Positions 11,637-23,817 of a DNA stretch of 64,000 nt are shown one piece after another. The notes below the pieces were generated by a model. That model was not told the DNA's origin. It worked only from the letters and a program-made list of their open reading frames with translations, and did no database searches. The translations under genes and the position numbers were made by a program. Source of the stretch: Callorhinchus milii (taxonomy: Eukaryota); NCBI RefSeq assembly GCF_018977255.1, contig NW_024704742.1, forward strand, positions 79,114,001 through 79,178,000, in the 5' to 3' direction. Positions within the stretch are counted from its first letter, which is position 1. Each line of letters opens with the position of its first letter.

Positions 11637-11672
11637 GAGGGAGGCCTGAGATAAAGAGGCAAAAGAGAAGGC

Positions 11673-11724
<52 letters not shown>

Positions 11725-11765
11725 AGGGGGTCAAAGAAAGAGAGGGGTCTTGGAAAGGGAGGGGG
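11330..11765. repeat. GA-rich low-complexity tract with (GA)n and (TA)n microsatellites and an embedded L2-type tail (11380-11445, minus)
   Basis: (GA)n at about 11600-11631 and 11698-11724, (TA)n at 11673-11698; CAACACAACAAC..TTGCATTTATATAGCACCCTTCA tail. Confidence 0.9.
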
Positions 11766-12379
11766 TAAACCAGACAGAAAACTCTGCCAGTGGTTTGGGA
11801 ATTAATGTTTTTATGTATAGTATGGTTTCAAATGTCATTGTAATATTTCTGGAGGTGGAGGATTAACTATTTAAAGTCTGATTTGTCTGCACTCAATTGA
11901 TGTAAGTCAGTTTGATTAAAATAAAGGCTTTGAACAAAGGTCAGTTTGCTCATATCAATTTCTAACCTGATAAAACTTGATAAGAGCAAGTTAACTCTGA
12001 TCAGTCAACCGGCAATCAGTAAGCATATACGATAGATCAGATGGAATTTTTGAGCAGGAAACATTTCATCTCTCTCATTAAAAATACATAATTAATACTG
12101 GAACTTTGTCAACACTGTATCACTTGCACAGAATCACTCTTTGCCCAAGGCAAGGTTTTGAGACATTTTTCTCTAATGCTTTATGGCCATCATTGGGTAA
12201 AGAACTCAGATGGTTGTATGCTAACTCTTCCCCCACCCCCCAATCCCCCCCAAACCCGGGTTTGGCTTGCTCCACACCCATGTATTCCTATCCCAGAGGC
12301 GAGAGTTTGAGTAAGGCTTACTGCTCAACTGATTAGATATTATGTGAAGCAGCACTCAAATGTTGTCTCTAGGATTTAT

Positions 12380-12590
12380 TAATAATAATAATCCTTATAT
12401 TTGGTATAGCGCCTTTCACATCAGGAAGACATTTCAAAGTGCTTCATAGGAATTACTGTAAAGTCAAGTGACAGTTTTGTTGGCGAACACTGTACCCAAA
12501 TTGCGCACAACAATGCCCCCCACACAGCCAAGAAGTGATTAACCAATTTTATTTGGGGGATTGCTGGCCAGCAACTCCATTCACTTCAAA
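12380..12590 (-). mobile_element. Older DeuSINE fragment
   Basis: (AAT)n CCTTATATTTGGTATAGCGCCTTTCAC..AAATTGCGCACA. Confidence 0.7.
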
Positions 12591-14204
12591 ACTAAACTCA
12601 CACTGAGTTCCTGGTTTCCAAGACTTTCCTGGTAGATCATTCTAATTGCGAATAGAATCCTATTTATTGTGCAGAAATTGGGAGGTGGGGGAGAGAATTG
12701 TGGGTTCAGGTCCAAGCCCAGTCTCATAAAGAATGGCTGGAAATAAAAGTTTCTCACATTTTAAATGAATTAATTATCACCTCAAATCTTAGGATATGTT
12801 ACAAATTCCACTCATTTAATTCTAGCTCTGTCTAACTAAGAGAGAGGCTATGAGTGAGTCTAATTTGGCATTTCTTAACAGAATAAGGAATTGTGATAGA
12901 ATTCTCACTGACTTCCACTATGGGAGTTACCTCAAAGAGTTCCCATTTGTGCAACTCAGATTTCTTATTCATAATCCCGGTAACAACTACTGCAAATTAG
13001 ATCCCATTGTCTGCTTCACAGTGACGGTAACACTGCATTGTGTGTAGCAAGACAGAGTGCTCAAATGTACCTCAACCAAAATGTCATATTTGAATTGAAA
13101 ATAATTGGTGTTTCATAACAGATCTGTTGTGAAAAGTCAAAAAGTTCACCTTGTGTTGTAATCCATTCGAAGCACTGCAATTATAAAGAAATATATTCAA
13201 GGCAACATAAATATACACGAATAAGCTATATTTTGAATGTGGAGTCCTTATACTGCAGCCTTTGTTAGTTATACCAGTTTGCACTAACATAAAGTATGCT
13301 TAGATTTCCAATTCATAAACATTTAGATTATTATAGTATGAATCCAAAGCTCAAATAATGAGATGAATCATACGTAGGGAGACAGCAAAGACTCATTACA
13401 AACCCAAACATGTACTAGCAGTGCACTATGATGGAGATTCAGATCTAGATGCAAAAAAGATGCACATAAGCTGTTCCACTCCACAAGAGTATCAGAAACA
13501 AAACAAATACCAAAAGTCATGAAAAAAACACAATTCATAAAGAATCTAACAAAATTCCCAGAATATTAGTATTAACTGATCAATGAAGCCATTCAAGTAC
13601 TGGCTCTGGACCCTTTTTAATATTAATTTCATTATCGGAAGATATAGTAAACTCTCCACAGAACTTATCATCAGAAATGGGTAGAGGGTTATTCTCTACT
13701 TCTGTGTGTAGAGGTGCCTTCAGTTTTTTAAGGTGCAAAAGTCACGGAAAAAATATGTGAAATATATTACATTTTCCAAAGTAATTTGAGTGAGCGCAAT
13801 TAGGCTAAAGTAATCCATGTGTCAAAATCATAGGAAATAATAACAAATGCTTGTTTTCCCCTGCCTCCTGATGATTCATTGGGATTGAGTCCAGTCATTA
13901 AATATGGCTATCAAACTATAGGCACCTCAATCCAATCCTTTCTTTACGCATTCTCTTCAATGTGGAGGGGTTGGGGGGGAGAATCATGGCATGATCAAAA
14001 ATAAAAACCTTGGCTATTTTTCCTCTATGTCGCCAAAGGGATACCTTCTATATCTCTCCTGTAATTGCACCTGAGATCAACTAACTCAGCATAGACCAGA
14101 GAATGCTCCTGGTGTCTGCCTGTGTCTACATGGTTCAGTTCTTCACTTAGCTTTGTCTGCATCAAGTACAGATTCTAGACCCTTTTCATATTGATTTCGT
14201 CATC

Positions 14205-14492
14205 AGAAGATATGTTAAACTGAGATCCTGTCTACCTGTTCAAGCAGAAGTTAAAGATCCGACTGCAATATTCAAAAGTAGAAAGGAGTATCTCCCAATG
14301 TCCAGGCTGATAATCCTCTAGATAAATTGATCATTTACATCATGGATGTTTGTGGGACATTTCTGAATCCAAATGGACCTCTGCGTTCACCGACAAATAC
14401 ACAGTCTCTACACTTTACAGAAATGTTGTGAAGCGCTTTGAGACTTTTTGACTTTATAGGTGCTATATCAAATGCACAGATTATTGTATTAT
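14205..14492 (+). mobile_element. Older DeuSINE body and tail
   Basis: GTTAAACTGAG..GTTAAAGATCC..TGTTTGTGGGAC..GAAGCGCTTTGAGAC..GCTATATCAAATGCA. Confidence 0.7.
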
Positions 14493-14667
14493 CAATTAGA
14501 ATTGCCATGTACTAAAAGTATTTACATAGACATTACACATTGTAGAAAAGCAAAGCGTTCCAACGAATGCATTAAGTGTACTGAGCACAAAATTCAAGAG
14601 ATATTCTTGAAACAGTAGCTTAAGATGCCTCAAAATTCCTGTAAAAATTGCAGCAAAGAGCAAGCAA

Positions 14668-15112
14668 CCAGGCTCTGTGACCCCATCACTCTCAGCCTCG
14701 CCCGACTCCACTGGCTCCCCATCCCACAACCATGCCCTTGCCCCTCCTACCTCTCTGACCTGCTGACTCCCTACCAACCTGCCCGCTCTCTCCGTTCATC
14801 GGGCTCCGGCCTGCTCCATGTCTCCCGCCCGACACGCCCTACCATTGGTGACCGGGCTTTCAGCCTCTCTGCCCCCACACTGTGGAACCCCATCCCACAG
14901 TCCCTTCGCCTCACTTCCTCCCTTGCCTCCTTCAAGGCCGGTCTCAAGACCCTTCTCTTTGACTGTGCCTTTGGTCTCCCTCCCACCTCTCTGTCTTCCC
15001 TCACCCCTACACCACCCTTCCCCAATTCTCGGGCCCTCTCACCTGATTGTTCAGTGCTTTGGGATGTCCTCCTGATGTGAAAGGCGCTCTATAAATGTAA
15101 TTTTGTTGTTGT
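14668..15112 (+). mobile_element. L2 LINE 3' fragment
   Basis: ORF 14625: [44 protein letters not shown]; hairpin tail plus (TTG)n. Confidence 0.93.
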
Positions 15113-15397
15113 AGTTCAATTTGACATATGGATAGTAATCTATTCCCAACTAGCTACAATGCGAAATATAGGGTTGCCAACAGTGAAGTAGTTAGGTCTG
15201 GAAAGAAAGAACATTTTATAAAATTTCTACGAGTTAAGGATGGTCCAAAACATTTTGATGTACGTACGCACAAAGCAATCCCCAGGAATATGTGGACATA
15301 TTCAGCTCTGCTAGAATCGTATGTGAAGAAAAAACTTTTCTAGTTTGTTTTATTTCAAATTATCTTGTGTCGTTCTGCTGGACAACCAGTAAGGCAA

Positions 15398-15785
15398 TAA
15401 AATAATCCTTACATTTGACATAGCATTTTTCATGTCAGGAAAGTGCGCCAACAGATCCACTGTAAAGTGTAGTGACTGTGAATTTTGTAGGCTCAATGCA
15501 ATTTCCCACAATCAGTCATGAAATGTATGACCGTTTATTATGTTGGGGACTTGTTGGTCAGGACACAAAGAGAAACTCCCTTTTTCTTTTCAAAATGGAA
15601 TACTTGACGTCCACCTGAACAGATAAATGGGACCTAGGTTACCATCTGATCCAAATGATGGCACTTCCAACAATGAAGCACACCCCCAGTTTTGCAGTGT
15701 CGGATTAAACTATGAGTTCAAAGGTTCGACGTGGGTCATGAGCCCGTAAACTTCCGACTCAGAGGTGAGAGTGCTAGCAACTGAC
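15398..15785 (-). mobile_element. Older DeuSINE, near full length
   Basis: Tail, core, GGACACAAAGAGAAACTCCC body and head ACTTCCGACTCAGAGGTGAGAGTGCTAGCAACTGA. Confidence 0.75.
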
Positions 15786-16644
15786 ACCCAGATTATTACA
15801 AGAATGGATTATTTAATCAGTTACAAATTCCTTATGGAATTAACGTTACCCATATGGCAAGATTTACATTCACAACAATTTGGTGTAGAAAGACAATCTG
15901 TGCAAGTCAAAATAATCTTTACACAAAATAATGCTTTGCAATATTTTGCCAACGGGGGAAGCTGGATGCTGGATGTAGCAAAAGCAAACAATTTTATGGC
16001 AAATGCATGTTTTTATTATAACTCTATGAATCTCTGACACAGTAGGTGGTAGTTTATGGATGAGAGCAATCATTTTCATGCTCTCGATATTGGCTCAACT
16101 TGCCTTCTGAGCCTACAGTTATGGTAAATATTTTTACATGTCTTTCGAGGAGCTTTTTGCTGCAAGATTTACTAAAAAACACTTGGGGAATAGATGTTCT
16201 ATGGATAAATAAATTACTCTTTGGGAAAGAAAAATGTTACATGCTTATAAATTCATAGTAACCATCACTGAGAAAATTGTGTAAACTGGGATACAAGTAT
16301 GCAAGGCAGAAAGAAAAATGGATTTGGAAATTATAATAACAATCCTTACATTTTGTATATTGCCACTCATAATAATATTTCTTGCATCTGGTATAGCTCC
16401 TTATCACGTCATTATCAGCGCTTCACAGAATATACTGTAAATTTGTAAATAAATAAATTCAGGTCAGGAAGTCTCACAAAACTTCCCAGGATATACTATA
16501 AAGTGACTGTGTGTTTTGGTGGGCGAATTATAATCGTGTATTGTAGGAGAAATCTGTATTGAATAGTAATTCATTCAGATTCTGCTTTTTTGAACAGTTG
16601 TGGGCTCTCTCCCCCCACCTGAAACTCCAGTATTATCCTTTGTA

Positions 16645-16925
16645 TGAAATATCAAATCAAGGTCCCTTCTGACTGTTCAAGTGGATGGCACGATTTAAAA
16701 AGAGAAGCGAGAGTTTCTGCCAGTATTTGGCGGCCAACAATCCCCCAAATAAAATTGGTCAGTTATTTTATGGTCATAAGTGGGACATTGCTGTGTCCAC
16801 ATCGGCTGCCATGTTCATCTACAAAGTACAGTCACTGCACTTTACAGTAAAATCTTATGAAGGTCTTAAGACATCCTCCCGACATGAAAGGTGCTATATC
16901 AAAAGCAAGGATTATGATTATTTAT
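16645..16925 (+). mobile_element. Older DeuSINE fragment
   Basis: GTGGGACATTGCTGTGTCCACATCGGCTGCC..CATCCTCCCGACATGAAAGGTGCTATATC. Confidence 0.75.
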
Positions 16926-18311
16926 GAACATCATCACCAAATAATTTAAGTTTCTTCTAATGGAAAAGACAAGACGCATATTTTTAAGTGAAAAACACTT
17001 ACCATTTTGCTGCTTCTTAGCCTTCAATTCAGTATGAATGTTTTGGTGGAACCAAAAGTGAGGATGCTAATATTCTGAGTAACCTCATATTGTATTATAT
17101 TGAGAAAATGGCTTAAAATATTAATAAACGAGCAGGAAAGACAAGAGATATGGTTAAAGTGTTTGCCGGGTCCACTAATGTAATCTCTGCTGCCTTTTAA
17201 GTGCAGATAGAATCAAACTAGTCTAAGTCCTATTTATAGTTTTTGTTGTTGGTAATTGGAATATTCTCTTTGGTGGATCCCTCAAAACATTTCAACTGTT
17301 GCAAAATCCTTGCTTTCAAAGCATCACAAGCTTTAGTAAACGTGTTAAAGGGAACCTTTACAGTAGCAAATCCTGAGGAAAAAGACCAGTTAAGACCAGA
17401 TAAATGTGTTCCTTGCTTTGAGGTCCTTATTCAGATTTAATCCGTTTTTTTTGTGGACGTGTGCTTTTGATCCATTTGCTCCAAATTTTATGTCAGTGAA
17501 TATTGGAGTCATAACTACACTGGCAACGTCCTGCTTCCAGCAGGCCCGAAACAAAAGCTGCATGCTTTTGAAGTGTAAGTGGTGGAGAGCAAATTAATAT
17601 TTGATGGAGGATTTTCTATCTTTAGCCTGAGCTTCATACGTATCCTGATTTCAATGTCATGGGAGACATTTCACAAGCTGCACTGTGGGATGGAATGAAT
17701 ACTTCTCTGAGAGGCAAACATATTTAACATTCAAACAGTACAAACGGGGGAGAAACACCAGGGATTATTTCACTGTAAACTAACGGTGAAGAGTTCATCT
17801 TTTGCCAACTGTTTTTGAGCTCAATTAAGCCAGTTGAGTGAAGACAGTAAAAACAACAACAAATCATTAATTTCACAAAATAATTAAAATTGCTTTGGCT
17901 AATTCCATTACAGTAATCAGACAGATCTGATCACTAAAGCTTAAAATAGCCAGGAGCTCAAAAACTTTTATCAAATGTTGTTCAAATCAGATAGCCATTC
18001 CACCAAGTCAGATTATCAACAATGTCCTTGGTAACCTTTTTATGATAAAAACCTAATAAAGCAAATGTAAACAAAACCAAAATGATAAAAATTATTGCAT
18101 TTAATACAACTCCTTTCAACTCTAGGGTCGTCTCATTGTTTTTTATTGTTGTAAGCGAACAGGCAGCCAGTTTGCACTTAGCGATCGATCAACAACAAGT
18201 TACATTTGTGTAGTCCTGTCACACAATCAGGAACCAAACTGGCTTTGTCCTGCAAAAATCCAAAATAAAGAAAGAACATTGCTGTCCAGTAAACTGACAG
18301 TTATTAAACAG

Positions 18312-19152
18312 GCATCCCGTTTGACCCTCAACTGTCCTTCATCCCACACATCTGTGCCAGTTAAATGTCAACAAGACCGAGCTCCTCGTACTTGGCTCGC
18401 ATCAGCACCTCCATTACCTCGGGTTTGACAGTATCTCCCTCCATGGATGCATTCTACACCTCACGGAGTAGGGAACCTCAGCATCCCGTTTGACTCTCAA
18501 CTGTCCTTCATCTCCCACATCTGTGCCATGATCCGCTTTCCCCCACCTCCCCAAAATCACCTGGCTCTAACCGCAGGCCGCCGAAACCCTCATGCATGTG
18601 TTCATCATATCCACACTCGATTATGCAACCTCCTTGCTTGTCAGCCTCCCCAATTCCTCCCTCCACAGGCTGCAGATCATTCAGAACACTGCAGCCCGTG
18701 TCTTCTCCCACACCAGGCTCCGTGTTCCTATCACCTCCATCCTCGCCTGACTCCACTGGCTTCCCATTACACAGTGGATACAGTTCACGATCCTGTTCCT
18801 CACCTTCGAAGCCCTCCACGGCCTCGCTCCTCCCTACCTCTGTGACTTCCTAACCCCTTACCAACCTGTCTGCTCCCTCCACTCAGCTGGCTAGGGCCTG
18901 TTTCATGTCCCCTGCCTTGCCCGCCCCTTCAATGGCCTTTAGCCTCTCTGTCCCCACCCTCTGGAACTCCATCCCACAGTCCCTCCACCTCACTCCCTCA
19001 CTTGCCTCCTTCAAGACCTGTTTCAAGACACTTCTCTTCAACTGTGCTTTTGGTCACCCTTCTACCCCTACCCTCCCTGCCCTCCGCCCCTCTTGATCCA
19101 AACCACCAGCTCGGGTGTGGATCCCTGATTGTCCAGTGCCTTGGGATATCCT
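18312..19152 (+). mobile_element. L2 LINE 3' ~0.8 kb with a duplicated internal piece at its 5' end
   Basis: L2 C-terminal motifs (CGATTATGCAACC, CTCCACTGGCTTCCC, CTCTGGAACTCCATCCC); 18312-18359 repeats 18481-18528. Confidence 0.9.
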
Positions 19153-19527
19153 GAGGAAACTTTGAGTACTCTTATACCTCTCTTCTAGTGTTCAATCCCT
19201 GCAGAAATTTAGAGTCCTCATTCATTCAATGAGTCTCTGTTCTGCAGTGTTTGTCCCAACAGGTCTGTCCCCATCTCGGCCCTCTTCATTTTATTTGTAT
19301 GTAAAGCACGGTCTATCTCACCGATAAAACGCTGTCTGTTGTGTGAAACCACTTTGATAAAGCTGTTAGAGCTTGCCAAGATTACAAAGGCATTGCAGTG
19401 GGTTTTAGTATAAGTAAGATGTTGTACACACGTGGCTGTCTGCTCCTTGCAGTCTTCAAAAAGGGGCTATGGCCTATGATACTAGTGTTGTATTCATCTG
19501 ATCCCTGCTTGCCTTATTATGGCTTAG

Positions 19528-19906
19528 ATAATAATAATAATAATCCTTGTATTTGGTATAGTGCCTTATCACATCTTTGAGACATTGCAAAGCGCTTCAC
19601 AGAATATACTGTAAAGTGAATTGACTGTATATTTTGTGGGCAAAACCCGACAGCCAATTGTATACAGCAGTGTCCCACAAACGGTCGTAGATTGAAGTGA
19701 CCAATTTATTTTATCATTTTTTTGAAGGAATTATTACACCTGGAAAAGTGATCCGCCAATCGACTAACAATCGGGTTCCTACATACTGCTGGGTAAATAG
19801 AGGCATGTGGAATAAGGAAACTTGCCCAACATTTTCCTTGCCGGGAATTGAACCCAGGTCTTTTGCTTGTGAGTTGAGTGCTCTAACCACTGAGCTACAG
19901 GACTCC
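19528..19906 (-). mobile_element. tRNA-Ala-derived Deu-like SINE, long form, full length
   Basis: (AAT)n tail through to the reverse-complement head ..CTCTAACCACTGAGCTACAGGACTCC; includes the ~70-bp extra segment. Confidence 0.93.
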
Positions 19907-20792
19907 ACTAGGTGCCCTGAGGGACACTGAGGACTGAGAATCCATCCTGTCTAGTCATTCTTATTAATGTTAGTGATGTCAATCTGAAATAAACATTAAA
20001 GTATTGAGAAATTATATTTGTTTAATCTTGCTTTATAATGCACACTAAAATGATCAATAACACTGGAGATAGATGACCAAAACCCAAATGTCCCAGATGT
20101 TCCACAGTAAGATATAGTAGTCTAAATTGTGATATATCTTAATGCAATTGCATATTAAGGAATCCCATTAGAATTTCTGGTGACCCTCAGGAATACCAAA
20201 CTGGAAGTAGATTGTGTTGGAGGATTAAGTATTAGGGAATCCCATTGAAAAAAATGTTAAACTCTGTATAGTTAAATCAGATAGAAGATTCTCTTTTCCA
20301 CATGAGAAAGATAAAGTGTCGAAGGGCCCTAAAGTCAAGAACATTATGCCTACCTCACAGATACCTTTCCCTTGTTGCATGAACCCAGTGAAGTTGGGTC
20401 AAGTAGCTCATGAATAATATTCCCATAGGTTAACAAAGCTTTTGGAAGTGCAATCAGATGTTCAAAACATTACATGATCTTGAGGAATTGACACAAGCGT
20501 AAAACAGCAACTATGAGCTAATGCAACAAGAACAAGAGGCACCTTTGTTAGAAAGAGTCAGCATTTGACCTAATTCAACAATTACAGGCAAACAAGTTCT
20601 CCAGTGTCGGATCATCATTTATTTATTCTAAAATGAAAGCGGCTGAACTAAAACAGAATGGAAATGTCATTTATATAGTTTATCCAATAAAAGTTATGTT
20701 GTTTCAAGATGCATTGACTCTTCATAGATTGTACGATTACTCGCTGCCTTATCGATCCATGGTAAAATGTATCAGGATGTTGATATTGCATT

Positions 20793-21101
20793 AAAAAAAA
20801 TCCTTGTATTTGATATAGCGCTTTTCACGTCTTCTAGACGTCCCAAAGCGCTTCACAGAATATACTGTAAAGTGAATTGACTGTATATTTGTGGGCAAAT
20901 GCGGCAGCCAATTGCACACAGCAGTGTCCCACAAACAGTCGTGGATTGAAAATGACCAATTTATTATTTTTTTTATTTTGGAGGGATTATTATCAGGCGT
21001 GTGGAGTAAGGAAACTTGCCCAAGGTTTCACCCTGCCTGGAATTGAACTCAGGTCTCTCGCTTGCAAAGCGAGTGTTCCAACCACTGAGCTACAGGACTC
21101 C
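20793..21101 (-). mobile_element. tRNA-Ala-derived Deu-like SINE, short form
   Basis: Full reverse-complement copy ending CACTGAGCTACAGGACTCC. Confidence 0.94.
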
Positions 21102-21202
21102 ACAGTAATCTGTGAAAGACAGTGGTCAACAACTGCAAAATACAGGTGGTTGATAGATACTACTTAACTCCTCAAGAACCCGATGAAAGGTGTGTGAGCC
21201 TT

Positions 21203-21550
21203 GCTCAGGCAGCATTTCTGCCTCTGAGTTAGAAGATTGTGAGTTCAAGCCTGTTTGTGGGATATTGTTGTCCAGGCTGCCATGTTCGCCAACTGATACC
21301 CAGTCATTACATTTCAGTCAAATCTTGTGAAGCGATTTGAGACATCTTGGCAACCTGATCTGATGCTTTATCAAATGCAAGGATTATTATAAAGTGGATT
21401 AAACATCCCTGGATTTGGGAAATTGATTTTTGTTTATTTAATAATAAATAATAATCATCCTTGCACTTGATATAGTGCCTTTCACATTGGAATGGAGTCT
21501 CAAAGTGCTTCGCAGGATTTACTGAAACATGTATTGACTGTATATTTTGT
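21203..21550. mobile_element. Tail-to-tail pair of older DeuSINE fragments (+ 21203-21390; - 21440-21550)
   Basis: CTCTGAGTTAGAAGATTGTGAGTTCAAG head and ATGCAAGGATTATT tail; then (AAT)n CCTTGCACTTGATATAG on the opposite strand. Confidence 0.7.
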
Positions 21551-22072
21551 TGTTGAAGATACTTAAAAGTGGAATTGTCCTATTCCAAAACTTTCTAATA
21601 CAGATGGGAGAAAGAGAATGAGAGCCATAAGGAGGCAATCAGGTTCAGAGTTTGACAAATAGAATGAAAATATGCCAATAAAATTGTGAAATAAGGAGGC
21701 CAAAGAGGCTTCAATTTCAGCTGCAGTTACAAGCTTCTCAACAAGTAGCCAAACACCCTCCTAGCTTTCACTTTGTCCACAGGTTCTCCATTGAACCTGT
21801 GGACAAAGGTTGCAGCAAACTGTGCATTTACATTGCTTTAGATAGAACGTAGATTGGAAAGGGAATAACACAGTTCGCAAGAAATGCGTCAAAAACATGA
21901 AGGTGTATTGTTCATTACGTTGTCAATTGAAAATCCCTACTGTGCATTCTGAGAGACTTTCAGATCTCAAACAGGGTAATGGCTATCTGGCAGAAGGAGG
22001 GTTAACACTTAACTCAGTCTAATAGCTGTTCTTACAGATAGGCTGTAACTAGGTACAATCCTTCCTAAGTGC

Positions 22073-22179
22073 AGATAACTAAAAATAATGGGCACCACCA
22101 CTGAGGCTATAATACAACTTCCCTCTACTTACCAGAAGGGAAGGCTGCAATCTTTGATCACAGCTATCACCATGGCGAC
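22073..22179. promoter_or_regulatory. Cluster of TF motifs: GATA (22073-78), MEF2 (22079-88), TCF/LEF (22152-58), RFX-like X-box (22166-79)
   Basis: AGATAA, CTAAAAATAA (YTAWWWWTAR), CTTTGAT and GTCGCCATGGTGAT (minus) within a repeat-free island; motif matches only. Confidence 0.35.
22133..22173 (-). CDS. Possible short first coding exon (MVIAVIKDCSLPF+2 nt), gene unidentified
   Basis: GTCGCCATGG Kozak context followed 41 nt later by CTG|GTAAGT donor. No homology recognised; the ATG also lies inside the X-box motif. Confidence 0.2.
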
Positions 22180-23514
22180 AAGATGTTTCTTTCCTGTTAA
22201 TTGATGAGTAAGACAGAAGGTGGTGTTCTGTTGTTGTGCAGAGCTGTGTGTGTGTGTGTGAGTGTGAGTGGGTGGGGGGGGGTAGGAAAACAATTTGCTC
22301 TTCCATTTGCAAGACTTGAGGCCTACGGATTGCATCTCATCTTGGCCTTTCAATCTTCCGCAATAGAGAGCGAAAAATAAATGGGCTGTAGAGAGAGAGT
22401 GGTATACCTCTCTGTGGCTAAAGGCAGGAAAATACTGAACAATTTCTCTTTTGGACACAGAAAAAGTGACATTCCCTGCTGTTCATTGCTTCACTGGCTT
22501 GAATTCACATGGTTTAAACTTGGTATTTGTAATTCCATCAAATTTACATCTGTTGTGTCTGGTACATGCTGAACAAGACACTCCGTACTTGCACTAAAGA
22601 CAACGTTGATAGCTCACAGCAGGTGAACATATAAATCAAATTTCCCTCTCTAAATCTCTCCATTGCTTGAGGCAACATTGCATCGTATCCAGCAGCATAA
22701 AAGGGGCTGCTGTTTACATCCTCCACGTTTGGCTCTCGTTATTTTGAAAACCTAGATCATGCCCTTCCTCGATCTTTTATTTTCTAATAGGAGACAAGTT
22801 CAGTTTTCCGAGTTTTGTCTTACAGCTTAAAGTTCCAAAACCCAGAATATTCCTCAGATATTGTTCTCCAAACCCTCTCCATAATTTCAGTGAGGCAGAC
22901 TACCAAAAGCTGCACAATGTGAAATCAAAATTAGGTAATTTCTAATTAATAAGACTACTTGCATTTGATATAGCACCTCAACTTGCTGAAACATCTTAAA
23001 GCACTTCTCAGAATTTTCTACAAAGTGTCATGTCTGGGTTTGTAGGCAAATGAAGCAAATGAATCTGTGCATAATAATGGCCCACAAACACCCATGAAGT
23101 GAATTATCATTTTTCTTAACAGACCAGATTCTTTTTATAACACTCCAGGTTTATACTCCATACGAACTTCCATCCATCTCAATCCCCCTCCCTAGCCTTC
23201 CTTAATACTCCTCTATTCCATTCTCACGTATGTATCTAGTTTACTCTAAAATGCATTGATGCCTTTTGCTTCACCAATGGCTTCTGACAGTGAGTTCCAC
23301 ACCCACCATCTCTGTAAAGAAGTTTTAAAACTTATTCCTTTTTTAAAACTCACATATGTAGAACTTTATCAAATGCTGAAAATTATACATACTGAATAGA
23401 ACTCATGTAACCTTTAACTACTTCCTATTCAGAATTCCAGTTGATTTTTATATGAGAGCTATTGTATCTAAATCTATCTTAACCATCCATTCTTCGGATA
23501 AGATGTTTAGCTTA

Positions 23515-23817
23515 GGGCCTTTCTGAATATAATGCAAAGTGAATTGACTGTGAATTTTGTGGGCAAAATGCGCAACCAATTGCGAACAGCAGTGCCCCAC
23601 AAACAGTCATGGATTGAGTCACCCAATTCTTTTTGAGGATGTATTACCCTCGGAAAGTGATCCGTAAATCAACCAACAATCGGGTTCCTACTTACTGATA
23701 GGTAAACAGAGCAATGTAGAGTAAAGAAACTTGCCTAAGATTTCACCCCACCTGGTAATTGAAACCAGTTCCTGTCACTTGCGAGGCGCGCTTGCTAACC
23801 ACTACGCTAAGGGACTC
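23515..23817 (-). mobile_element. tRNA-derived Deu-like SINE, long form, diverged, 3' tail missing
   Basis: AAGTGAATTGACTG..CAATTGCG..GGGTTCCTACTTACTG..CTAACCACTACGCTAAGGGACTC. Confidence 0.85.

Noticed and set aside
11299..11866. Arg/Glu-rich and Leu/Ser-rich ORFs
   Set aside because: Translations of the GA/TA microsatellite.
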